A stretch of 40,217 nucleotides of DNA from an uncultured Candidatus Saccharibacteria bacterium (GCA_964348535.1 CAYGDB010000002.1:1-40217), one strand, 5' to 3'; positions 1-8,136 are shown, counted from the first letter of the stretch. Program-made: numbers and translations. Notes: generated by a model not told the origin, from the letters alone.

Positions 1-1
1 A

Positions 2-499
2 AAAGGCGAGGAACACTACAACACCATAAGCGCTTTTATAAAAAGCATGAGGGCAAGTCAGCCAGATGCCGCTTTGTATTATCTTGCTCGGATGGTTGAT
101 TCAGGCGAAGACCCGCTATTTATTGCTCGCCGGATGGTGATTTTCGCGTCTGAAGATGTAGGTATGGCTCAACCTACTGCGCTTGTTGTGGCTAATGATG
201 TATTCAGAGCTTGCGAGATAATAGGTTATCCGGAGTGCGCCATAAATCTCGCTCACGGAGTTGTTTATCTATCAACCGCCAAGAAAGACAGAAGCTCCTA
301 CGACGCTTATTTTGAAGCTCTTGATGATGTAAAAAAGTATGGCAATCTTCCCGTTCCGCTTAAAATTAGAAACGCTTCCACAAAGCTTATGAAAAATCTT
401 GACTACGGCAAGGGTTATGAAAAGTATACGAATGACGATTTGCTTCCAGAGAAATTAAAAGGAAAAAAATATTATAAAGCTGGAAAAGAAAAAGATTAA
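2..499 (+). CDS. rarA: Replication-associated recombination protein A (RarA/MgsA AAA+ ATPase), C-terminal part; 5' end lies upstream of the window
   Basis: Frame is open from the window edge (KGEEHYNTISAFIKSMRASQPDAALYYLARM...). MgsA C-terminal domain motifs present (DPLFIARRMVIFASEDVG, NLPVPLKIRNASTKLMK). Confidence 0.85.
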   Translation, partial: KGEEHYNTISAFIKSMRASQPDAALYYLARMVDSGEDPLFIARRMVIFASEDVGMAQPTALVVANDVFRACEIIGYPECAINLAHGVVYLSTAKKDRSSYDAYFEALDDVKKYGNLPVPLKIRNASTKLMKNLDYGKGYEKYTNDDLLPEKLKGKKYYKAGKEKD

Positions 500-695
500 A
501 GAAATATTTTTTTCTGACTGGTTTTAGTTTAGAGAAGTACTTGGCGGTTTCACCGCCAATTGCTGAATAGCAAGGATTTGTCGAACAATATGGGAATACG
601 TGGTTTCTGTAAAAGGTGCTACACTATTTTGTAGAGTTTCTGGAAGCGCAATTTCCTAAGGCTGTTATCAGACTATTATTAATTTATTTAAAATT

Positions 696-1352
696 ATGAA
701 AATAAGTTCAAAAATCTTTGGTTTTGTTGTTTCTTTGGTAGCGATCATGTTGTCCATTCCTTCATTTGCTCTGGCTGATACGGACTCTAGGAAAGGCGCT
801 GATGGTATGGAGCGTGGAATGGAAGAAAAAATGGAGGAACATATGGATGACAAGATGAGCTCAAGTGCTGATGAAGATTATGATGATAAAGAGATGGACA
901 AAGATACGGACGATGGTCGTATGGAAGGAATGATGGGCGGTGAACACAGAAGCAAGGTGGTTGAAGCTGTTTTAAAGCTAGTAGAGCTTGCTGGAAAAGA
1001 TAAAAATATCGGGGAGGAAATCAGCGAAATAGCCAAGGAGGAAAATGAATCAAGCGGGCGAGCGGCTGAAGCCATAAAAGAGGTGGAAGCCCGCGGAAAA
1101 TTCAAGACATTTCTTTTTGGAACAGATTACAAAAACATAGGCGCTCTTAGAAGCGAGATGGTGAGGTCAGACAACAATATAGACAGACTTACAAAAGCCA
1201 AAGATAGAACAATAGACCAGGCTGTAAAAGCCGAGCTTGATGTTCAAATAGCAGTTTTTCAAAAAGCTAATGATGAAGCTGAAGCTTTTGTAAAAGCCAA
1301 CGAAAGCAAGTTCAGCATTTTTGGTTGGTTGTTCAAACTTTTCAGCAACTGA
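696..1352 (+). CDS. Secreted or membrane-anchored acidic Met/Asp/Glu-rich coiled-coil protein, function unknown
   Basis: Signal-peptide-like N-terminus (MKISSKIFGFVVSLVAIMLSIPSFALA), a D/E/M/H-rich low-complexity stretch, then a helical C-terminal part. No motif I recognise. Confidence 0.6.
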   Translation: MKISSKIFGFVVSLVAIMLSIPSFALADTDSRKGADGMERGMEEKMEEHMDDKMSSSADEDYDDKEMDKDTDDGRMEGMMGGEHRSKVVEAVLKLVELAGKDKNIGEEISEIAKEENESSGRAAEAIKEVEARGKFKTFLFGTDYKNIGALRSEMVRSDNNIDRLTKAKDRTIDQAVKAELDVQIAVFQKANDEAEAFVKANESKFSIFGWLFKLFSN

Positions 1353-1385
1353 TAAGTTTTTAAAAAAATTAAATTTTAAAAATCC

Positions 1386-1427
1386 AACAAACTCTCCACA
1401 ACTTTGTTGCGGGGAGTTTGTTTTTTG
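1386..1427 (+). terminator. Rho-independent terminator after the 696..1352 ORF
   Basis: AACAAACTCTCC ... GGGGAGTTTGTT stem (1 mismatch) followed by a TTTTTT run. Confidence 0.6.
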
Positions 1428-1561
1428 AAGTATTCAGGTGTTTCAGTATTCTATATTTGCCAGTCGCACTTATTAACCATTGATTATTTTATAATCTTTG
1501 TATCTCTTTATACCTCTCTATATCTTCATATTGTAGAGATTATAATATTTTAATTTTTCTT

Positions 1562-1617
1562 AATTTACTCTGTAACAACAAGCCTGCTACAGCAGACTTG
1601 TTGTTACAGAGTAATTA
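1562..1617. repeat. Long near-perfect palindrome (24-bp arms, 2-nt centre)
   Basis: TTACTCTGTAACAACAAGCCTGCT-AC-AGCAGACTTGTTGTTACAGAGTAA (1565..1614). There is a single C/A mismatch. AAT/ATT extensions are possible with one bulge. Confidence 0.8.
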
Positions 1618-1682
1618 TTCCGTTTGGTTTGATTAGTTTGTTTAATTTGATAGATTCTATAAATTATTTTAGTCACTTCTGC

Positions 1683-1688
1683 TATAAT
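1683..1688 (+). promoter_or_regulatory. -10 box TATAAT (TGC-TATAAT) 6 nt upstream of ATG 1695; predicted leaderless start
   Basis: tgcTATAATggagttATG. Confidence 0.45.
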
Positions 1689-1694
1689 GGAGTT

Positions 1695-2378
1695 ATGAAA
1701 AAAGTGGCAATATTTGATGTAGATGGCACGATATTTCGCTCCAGTCTTATCGTTGAGCTTGCGGAGGTTATGATAGAGCGTGGTCATTTTCCAAAAGAAG
1801 CGAGTGATATGTATAAGAAAAAGAAAGAGGCGTGGAGCAATCGCAAAGGCTCTTATGATGATTATATAAATGCCTTGGTAGTTTCTTTTGTAAAACACAT
1901 AAAAGGAGTCTCTTTTGCTGATTTTGACAAAGCGGTTAAGTTTGTTACCGACCGTCAAAGAGATCGCGTCTATCGCTACACTAGAGACTTGATTCAAGAT
2001 TTAAAAAAGAAAAAGTATTTTTTGTTGGCCATATCGCAGTCGCCGAAAGGGGTGCTTGATGATTTTTGCAAATATTACGGTTTTGATAAAGTTTACGGCA
2101 GGTTTTATGAACTCGGTCCATCCGACAGGTTTACCGGAAAGATTGTTGACGAGCACCTCATAAGCAACAAGGCGAATATTGTCAAAAGGGCGGTTGAAAA
2201 AGAAGGGCTGACGATGAAAGATTCAGTCGGGGTTGGAGACACCGGCGGAGATATTTCTTTTCTTGATTTGGTGGAAAATCCCATTTGTTTTAACCCAAAC
2301 TCAATACTTTATCGTCATGCCAAAAGAAATGGTTGGAAGGTGGTGGTTGAGAGAAAGGATGTCATTTACGAGCTTTGA
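1695..2378 (+). CDS. HAD-superfamily hydrolase, subfamily IB (phosphoserine-phosphatase-like)
   Basis: N-terminal motif I FDVDGT (MKKVAIFDVDGTIFRSS) and C-terminal GVGDTGGDISFL motif. The upstream TTG start at 1629 was rejected because the -10 box lies inside that extension. Confidence 0.8.
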   Translation: MKKVAIFDVDGTIFRSSLIVELAEVMIERGHFPKEASDMYKKKKEAWSNRKGSYDDYINALVVSFVKHIKGVSFADFDKAVKFVTDRQRDRVYRYTRDLIQDLKKKKYFLLAISQSPKGVLDDFCKYYGFDKVYGRFYELGPSDRFTGKIVDEHLISNKANIVKRAVEKEGLTMKDSVGVGDTGGDISFLDLVENPICFNPNSILYRHAKRNGWKVVVERKDVIYEL

Positions 2379-2455
2379 TGGGTCTAAAATTACGCAATAT
2401 TTATAGTTTTTTGACTTGTTGACTTGGCTTTCCGTTTTATTTAGACTACAGCCAT

Positions 2456-2998
2456 ATGGAAACTTTAAAAAATCTGTCAGGCAATCAAAAGTTTATTATC
2501 GGTCTTATCATTGGACTTGTGGTCGGTTGGGGTGGAACTTTTTTCGCGATTGATAAATCTAAACCATCGCCATCTAAATTGGAAGAATCAAAAACTTCCG
2601 AAGAGGTTGATGAAGACTTGGATAGCGGAGACCTCTCTCAATCCGGTTATAACAAAAAAGCGGAGGCGGTTTTAGTTTCCGGCATTAACGCGGTTGAGGT
2701 AAATGACCAGCCGGCGGGAGATAAAGTTGAGGTTACAATGGCAACGCTTTCAAAGGCCGGTTGGGTGGTAATACATGAAGATGACAACGGCGCTGCCGGC
2801 AAGGTGCTTGGAGCTAGGCGTTATGAACCGGGTATTTATTTGGCTGAAGTAGAACTTCTGCGTCCGACAGAATCCGGCAAAATGTATTATGCTATGCTTC
2901 ATCTTGACGATGGTGACAAAGAATTTAATCTTAGCAATGACGGACCTATAAAAGGAGAAGACGGCAGGGTAGTGATGGATTCTTTCAAGGCCAATTAG
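2456..2998 (+). CDS. N-terminally membrane-anchored extracytoplasmic protein, function unknown
   Basis: One TM helix (FIIGLIIGLVVGWGGTFFAI), an acidic linker and a beta-rich C-terminal domain. Followed by a strong terminator. Confidence 0.6.
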   Translation: METLKNLSGNQKFIIGLIIGLVVGWGGTFFAIDKSKPSPSKLEESKTSEEVDEDLDSGDLSQSGYNKKAEAVLVSGINAVEVNDQPAGDKVEVTMATLSKAGWVVIHEDDNGAAGKVLGARRYEPGIYLAEVELLRPTESGKMYYAMLHLDDGDKEFNLSNDGPIKGEDGRVVMDSFKAN

Positions 2999-3030
2999 TT
3001 AGTATTGAAAAAAGTAAAAAAGAAAAAGTA

Positions 3031-3057
3031 AAAAACCGCCCTAGGGCGGTTTTTTCT
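3031..3057 (+). terminator. Rho-independent terminator
   Basis: AAAAACCGCCC-TAG-GGCGGTTTTTT. Confidence 0.8.
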
Positions 3058-3106
3058 TCAGATTCTAGATTCTGTGGAGAAATTTTGAATATGGTGCTAT
3101 TCTTAA

Positions 3107-3406
3107 ATGATGGAAATAAAATCAAATTTTGTCAGTGTTAAGGAAAAAATTAACGAAGAGGGTGGAAAGTTAAAGCAGGAGGTTTCTGAAAAAGTTTCTG
3201 GTTATATTTTGGGAGCGTTTGGCTTGGTTGCCGGTCTTGCGTGGAACGAGGCCGTCAAGGCGCTTATAGACAGTTTTTTCCCTTCTAACGCTTCAGGCGG
3301 TGTTGCTGCCAAATTTATTTATGCTGTTATAATTACATTTATTGTCGTCATTGTAACGGTTTACATAACTAAATTGTTAAAGAGAAATTCAGAACCTCAA
3401 TCTTAA
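3107..3406 (+). CDS. Small membrane protein (resembles the DUF5654-type proteins common in CPR genomes)
   Basis: 99 aa with two hydrophobic helices and the motif GLVAGLAWNEAVKALID. The family assignment is from memory only. Confidence 0.55.
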   Translation: MMEIKSNFVSVKEKINEEGGKLKQEVSEKVSGYILGAFGLVAGLAWNEAVKALIDSFFPSNASGGVAAKFIYAVIITFIVVIVTVYITKLLKRNSEPQS

Positions 3407-3456
3407 TAGGTTTTAGACAAGAAAATTTTTTAAGCCGAAGTTAATTTTTAAGTTTT

Positions 3457-5439
3457 CTAAACCCCTATTAAAACCGGTATTACAATCGGTCTTTTGTTTG
3501 TTTTTTGAAATAGAAACCGCCCGACGTTATCAACGAGGGAAGATTTTGTGTAATCAAGGTCAATGGGGTTCATGTTTTTGGTGGTGTCTTCAATCGTTTT
3601 CTTTATAATCAGACGGGTTTGATTTAACAAATCTTGTGATTCTCTTAAATAGACAAAACCCCGCGATATGATGTCAGGTGATTTGCGCAGCCCTCCGGTT
3701 TTTGTGTTGATGCTTGCTATGATGACGAACATTCCTTCTTTGGCCAGAGTCTGTCGGTCTCTTATGACAACCTCCTGAATATCACCTATTGAGAAACCGT
3801 CAACTAGTATCAAACTTGAAGGCGCTTTTTCTTTTAGCAATTTTATTTTTTCACCCTTGTCTGTGATTTCAATAACAGAACCATTATCCGGAATAATGAT
3901 GTCAGATTCTTTTAATCCTCGGTCATAAGCGATTTGGGCGTGGACTTTAAGAAACTGGTGGTAGCCGTGTATGGGAATGAAGAAGCGGGGATTGATTTTG
4001 TTATGAATCCACATCATTTCATCGTGGTTGGCGTGCCCTGAAGCGTGGACTTCGGCGGTTCTGTAGTGAATCATATTTGCTCCTTGGCGGGCAAGGTTGT
4101 CTTTTAGTTTCTGGACAGCTCTTTCATTCCCCGGAATAATTGATGAAGATAAAAGAACAGTATCATATTTATTTATCTTAATGTATTTATGATTTTTTGC
4201 CCCCATCCGGGCCAAGGCCGCGAACTCGTCCGCCTGGGCGCCTGTGGCTATGACTACAATTCTATCAGGCGGGTAACCGGCCATTTCATCAATGGGAATT
4301 ATCGTTTCCGGTTTGACGTTGAGAAGTTTCAAAACCTTGGCAATCTCAACGTTTGTTTTCATGCTCCTGCCTTCAATGACCACTTTTTTATTGTATTTTT
4401 CGGCAATTTCTATCATTTTTATGATTCTCTCAAGCTGTGAAGAGAAGGTTCCGATTATCAGGCGGTTTTTGGAATTTTTAATTATATCTTCAATATTTTG
4501 ACTGACCACGCGTTCGGATATTGAAAATCCAGCTCTCTCTACGTTGGTTGAATCCGCCAGAAAGAGTATTACTTTTTCCTTTTTAAATATGGAATAGGTT
4601 TTTTCCTCTTCAGCGGTGGGTATGCCATTGTCATTGTCCACTCGAAGGTCGCCGGTGTGGACGATCGAGCCGTAAGGAGTGTCTATGATTACTCCCATAG
4701 CGTCCGGTATGGTGTGGGATACCGCAAAAAAACGAGTCTTAAGAGAGCCGAAGGTTACGGTTTCTTCTTTTTCAATTACTTTGATATCTAGCTCCGGCAG
4801 ATGAGTAAATTCTTCCTGGCGTTTTTTTATCATCACGGTAGTCAAAGAGCGCGAGTAAATGGGCGGATTTCCAAGCTTTTCCATTATGTAGGGAATGGCC
4901 CCTATATGGTCTAAGTGGCCGTGGGTGATTATTATTCCGCGTATCTTGCTTTTCCGTTCTTCCAAGTATTTGGTGTTTGGCAGAATGTAATCAATGCCGG
5001 GGGTGTCTTCTTCTTCAAATTGAAAACCTGCGTCAATAACCAAAATATCGTCTTTGTATTCAATGACGGTCATATTTTTCCCTATTTCCTCGACTCCTCC
5101 AAGTGGAATTATTCTGATATTTTCGCCGATATCCGGTATTTTGTTTCCTTCGTCATTCTCGTGAGGAGACGGCCCGCGATTCGGTCTTCTTTGCTGAGGG
5201 CGGTTCATCCTGCCTCCTTGTTGCCCCATATTAGACCTTCCGTAAGGACGATAGTCGCGTTTGCCGAAAGGTCGTCTTGGGCTCGTTTTTGAAAGAGAAT
5301 CTTTTTTCTCGGTTGTTACTTCATTGTTTTTTTCAATCGGACCGGATGTTGGCGCAGTGAAGACGCGTATGCGGTTGTTGTGTCGATAAAACTGCCCAAC
5401 TTTGTTAGATTCTTTTGTCGGTTTTTTTTCTTCGGCCAT
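3457..5439 (-). CDS. rnj: Ribonuclease J (metallo-beta-lactamase/beta-CASP RNase) with a roughly 105-aa basic disordered N-terminal extension
   Basis: IRIIPLGGVEEIGKNM, the HGHLDHIG zinc motif, and beta-CASP/C-terminal domain layout at typical RNase J length after the extension. Confidence 0.9.
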   Translation of the reverse strand: MAEEKKPTKESNKVGQFYRHNNRIRVFTAPTSGPIEKNNEVTTEKKDSLSKTSPRRPFGKRDYRPYGRSNMGQQGGRMNRPQQRRPNRGPSPHENDEGNKIPDIGENIRIIPLGGVEEIGKNMTVIEYKDDILVIDAGFQFEEEDTPGIDYILPNTKYLEERKSKIRGIIITHGHLDHIGAIPYIMEKLGNPPIYSRSLTTVMIKKRQEEFTHLPELDIKVIEKEETVTFGSLKTRFFAVSHTIPDAMGVIIDTPYGSIVHTGDLRVDNDNGIPTAEEEKTYSIFKKEKVILFLADSTNVERAGFSISERVVSQNIEDIIKNSKNRLIIGTFSSQLERIIKMIEIAEKYNKKVVIEGRSMKTNVEIAKVLKLLNVKPETIIPIDEMAGYPPDRIVVIATGAQADEFAALARMGAKNHKYIKINKYDTVLLSSSIIPGNERAVQKLKDNLARQGANMIHYRTAEVHASGHANHDEMMWIHNKINPRFFIPIHGYHQFLKVHAQIAYDRGLKESDIIIPDNGSVIEITDKGEKIKLLKEKAPSSLILVDGFSIGDIQEVVIRDRQTLAKEGMFVIIASINTKTGGLRKSPDIISRGFVYLRESQDLLNQTRLIIKKTIEDTTKNMNPIDLDYTKSSLVDNVGRFLFQKTNKRPIVIPVLIGV

Positions 5440-5447
5440 TATTTTAT

Positions 5448-7220
5448 TTATCTTTTATTATTAAATATTTTCCAAATTTTTTCAGTTTCTATGTACCAAT
5501 TGTTTATGTTTGAAAATCTGTCTGATGGCACGGTTATGTGATCTATCTCAACCCCTTTTATTTTTTTGGGATAAAGATATATAAATGTCGGAGAATATAG
5601 AAAAATCGCAGGGGTGTCTTTTTGGAACTCCTTGCTGAACTCTCGGTATTTTACCAGTCTGTCTTCGCGATTTGTTACCGTTCTTGCTTCTGTCAGAAGT
5701 TTGTCAACTTTAATATTTGTATACATGGCGATATTTAAGCCGGGATCGTTTCTTTGCGAGGAGTGCCAAAAAGCAAACAGGTCCAAGTCATTCCCGATAA
5801 TTTCTCCAAAAAGAAGAGCGTCGTATTTCCTCGGCCTTATGACGTTTTGAGAAAGGTCTCCCGCTTCAAAAATCTTAATATCAACTTTGGCGCCCACCTT
5901 CTCCCAAGTTTCTTTTATTAACGTGGCGGTCTTTTTTAATTCGGGAGCGTCTGAAGTGGCTATTGAAAAAGAGAGGGTTTTGGTGTTTTTCTTTTTGTCC
6001 GTTTTTTCATATACGCCGGACTCATTTAATTTCCAGCCGTTTTGCTCGAGAATGCTTTTGGCTTTTGAAATTCTTTCTTCTTGACTTATGGCATCAAGAT
6101 ATTCGTCCTCATATCCTGTGAACCCTTTTGGTATTGGTCCGTTTGCTATTATTCCAAAACCGTAAAGGACGCTATCAACAATTGTTTTTTTGTCTATAGC
6201 CATGTCAAGAGCTTTTCTCACTTCAACATCGGCAAATATGGAGGCTTGGTTTTGGTTAAAAAATATACCGAAAATTCTTGATAGCGGAGAAGTTATCAGG
6301 TTTGTGTTTTGAAGCGGTGGCAGTTTTGATGTCTCTTCCGGGGTGATGCTGTTTACGCTTTCCAGATTTGTTTTTTTAAATAAATCCAGAATGGAAGCTT
6401 CGTTTGGGTGGAATGACATGGTTATTTTTTTTATGTACGGTTCACCCAGGGCGTAATCGCTAAAAGAAGAAAGAACATAATTATCCGGTATGCCGGAGGA
6501 ATTTTTGCTTATGCTTTTTAGCATGAAAGGTCCGCTTCCCACAGGTTCAATATTAAAAAAACTAAGCGCGAATTCTTCGGATGAAAGATTTTTCCAAATG
6601 TGTTTTGGTAAAATTCCCATTGTGGCGTTTTCCAGAAACGGAGTGTATGGCTGTTTTAAAATGAACTTAATTTCACGTTCGTTTATTTTTTCTATTTTGA
6701 CTGAATCCCAGTTGGCCCGTTTGGGACTTTTTATAGTACTGTCTTCCGCTTTGAGAATCGTAAACTCCACATCATCCGTTGTTATTGGAGTTCCGTCGTG
6801 GAAAGACAAACCATCTTTTAAAATAAATGTATAAGTAAGGGCATCGGAAGAAAGGCTGTAGCTTAGAGCCATGTCTGTGATTAGAGAGCCATCTGGGGCG
6901 GTTTTTAAAAGTCCCGAATATATGAGAGATGTGAGGTCGCGGTCGGCGTCTGAAATGGCAAGGACTGGATTTATAAATCTTGGTGAGCCGATTATGCCTT
7001 CTTTAATCGAACCTCCTTTTATGGGCACTTCTACTAATAGATAATCGTTTAAATTAAAAATAATGAACACCGAGCTCAATACGAGAATGGAAGAAAGGGT
7101 GTAAAAAATAATACGCTCGGCAAAAGAAAGATGCTCGACCGCCTTTTTTAGAGTTTCGATTGATTTATGGTAGAGGAGGCTAAAGCGTCCGCCCATTTTA
7201 TTATGATTAGATTCGTTCAC
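5448..7220 (-). CDS. ABC transporter substrate-binding protein, family 5 (peptide/nickel, OppA/DppA-like), membrane-anchored
   Basis: N-terminal TM anchor followed by family-5 SBP-like sequence along its length (e.g. LIYSGLLK, HDGTPITTDDVEFT, PFMLKS). The start (GTG 7220 versus ATG 7195) is uncertain. Confidence 0.75.
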   Translation of the reverse strand: MNESNHNKMGGRFSLLYHKSIETLKKAVEHLSFAERIIFYTLSSILVLSSVFIIFNLNDYLLVEVPIKGGSIKEGIIGSPRFINPVLAISDADRDLTSLIYSGLLKTAPDGSLITDMALSYSLSSDALTYTFILKDGLSFHDGTPITTDDVEFTILKAEDSTIKSPKRANWDSVKIEKINEREIKFILKQPYTPFLENATMGILPKHIWKNLSSEEFALSFFNIEPVGSGPFMLKSISKNSSGIPDNYVLSSFSDYALGEPYIKKITMSFHPNEASILDLFKKTNLESVNSITPEETSKLPPLQNTNLITSPLSRIFGIFFNQNQASIFADVEVRKALDMAIDKKTIVDSVLYGFGIIANGPIPKGFTGYEDEYLDAISQEERISKAKSILEQNGWKLNESGVYEKTDKKKNTKTLSFSIATSDAPELKKTATLIKETWEKVGAKVDIKIFEAGDLSQNVIRPRKYDALLFGEIIGNDLDLFAFWHSSQRNDPGLNIAMYTNIKVDKLLTEARTVTNREDRLVKYREFSKEFQKDTPAIFLYSPTFIYLYPKKIKGVEIDHITVPSDRFSNINNWYIETEKIWKIFNNKR

Positions 7221-7232
7221 AGATAATAAAGG

Positions 7233-7287
7233 AAAAGGTTAAACCTTTTTAGCTAAAAATTTTGAAAAGGTTTAACCTTTTCTTTTT
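7233..7287. terminator. Two near-identical GGTT(T)AAACC hairpins with flanking A/T runs; bidirectional terminator region downstream of secG
   Basis: AAAAGGTTAAACCTTTTT (7233..7250) and GAAAAGGTTTAACCTTTTCTTTTTT (7264..7287). Confidence 0.55.
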
Positions 7288-7297
7288 TAAGGGATGG

Positions 7298-7528
7298 TTA
7301 TTTGATAATAATAGCAATAAGAGTAGATAAGACAAAAAGAATACTTAAGGCGATAGTGGCATTAAAAAGCACTTTTTCCGCTCCTCTTCGGGTATTGAAT
7401 CCGAATCCGTCTCCTCCACCGAAAGCACCTCCGAGGCCAGCTCCGCGCTGCTGGAAAAGAATACCAAGGACGAGTAAGGTTGCTAGGACTATTTGGATAT
7501 AAGGCAATGCTGTAGATAGAATCTGCAT
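7298..7528 (-). CDS. secG: Preprotein translocase subunit SecG
   Basis: 76 aa with two TM helices and a Gly-rich loop (LFQQRGAGLGGAFGGGDGFG), typical of SecG. Confidence 0.85.
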   Translation of the reverse strand: MQILSTALPYIQIVLATLLVLGILFQQRGAGLGGAFGGGDGFGFNTRRGAEKVLFNATIALSILFVLSTLIAIIIK

Positions 7529-7631
7529 TTGGTGAATAATATCATAAAAGCCATTTTAAGCAAATTTATTTTTGGTGGTTTGCGTTTTCCATTTTAGCAA
7601 TGTATTATTGAAGATATTGGCTCGTAACCTT

Positions 7632-7655
7632 AAACAGCTGTTGCTGTTTTTGTTA
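7632..7655 (+). promoter_or_regulatory. Terminator-like hairpin in the groES 5' leader
   Basis: AAACAGC-TGTT-GCTGTTT followed by TTGTT, about 45 nt upstream of the groES ATG. Confidence 0.3.
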
Positions 7656-7697
7656 TACGAGTTGCTTAAAATTATTAGAAAAACTATTTTAGTTCAT

Positions 7698-8057
7698 ATG
7701 AAAAAAGATAAAAACAAGCAGAAAATAAAAACAACAAATATTTCAAATTCTATCAAAATATCAAAGCTGAAAATTCATCCGACAGGAGACAGGGTTCTTA
7801 TAAAAGAGTCATTGTTTGACGCTCAAGAAAAAACACAATCCGGAATTATAATCCCTTCAACAGTGGAGAAAGATTCAGGCGCAAAGAGAGGGGTTGTGCT
7901 TTCAGTTGGTCCCGGCAAGTATGATGACGGCGAGTTGATTCCTATTTCCGTCAAGGAGGGGGATACGGTTCTTTTTCAATGGGGAGAAAAGATTGTTGAA
8001 GATGGTGAAGAATACTATCTTGTGAAAGATGGGGAGATTATGGCGATTGTAAAATAG
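7698..8057 (+). CDS. groES: Co-chaperonin GroES with a roughly 24-aa Lys-rich N-terminal extension
   Basis: Core LKIHPTGDRVLIKE...GIIIP...GDTVLF...Y...EIMAIV matches Cpn10. ATG at 7698. The longer TTG 7572 start was rejected. Confidence 0.9.
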   Translation: MKKDKNKQKIKTTNISNSIKISKLKIHPTGDRVLIKESLFDAQEKTQSGIIIPSTVEKDSGAKRGVVLSVGPGKYDDGELIPISVKEGDTVLFQWGEKIVEDGEEYYLVKDGEIMAIVK

Positions 8058-8118
8058 ACATTAGACAATAGACATCAGACAAAAGAGATTAGACAACAGA
8101 CATTAGACACCAGACTAT
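8056..8118 (+). repeat. Nine tandem heptanucleotide repeats AGACANN filling the groES-groEL spacer
   Basis: AGACATT AGACAAT AGACATC AGACAAA AGAGATT AGACAAC AGACATT AGACACC AGACTAT. Exact 7-nt phase from 8056 to 8118. Confidence 0.9.
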
Positions 8119-8136
8119 AAAATAATAGTAAAAAAT

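Noticed and set aside
500-695. The intergenic region after rarA, containing the TTGGCGGT-TTC-ACCGCCAA hairpin, considered as a possible small RNA gene.
   Set aside because: It is a single hairpin with no U-tract and no further conserved-looking structure or motif. It is most simply a weak terminator or stability element for rarA.
7529-7697. CIRCE/HrcA operator upstream of groES.
   Set aside because: Only an isolated TTAGCA half-site and a distant GAGTTGCTTAA are present. There is no inverted repeat with 9-nt spacing.
8056-8118. CRISPR-like or other spaced-repeat array.
   Set aside because: The units are 7 nt and contiguous, with no spacers. No cas genes are present, and no other regularly spaced repeats of 25 nt or longer were seen in the window.
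8055-8120. Stop-codon readthrough or recoding of the groES TAG: the heptamer array keeps the groES frame open for 20 more codons, to TAA at 8118-8120.
   Set aside because: TAG clearly terminates other well-delimited genes here (ends at 2998, 29264 and 39823). TGA also works as a stop (for example the groEL end at 9786), so standard code 11 fits. The open frame is a by-product of the 7-nt repeat composition.
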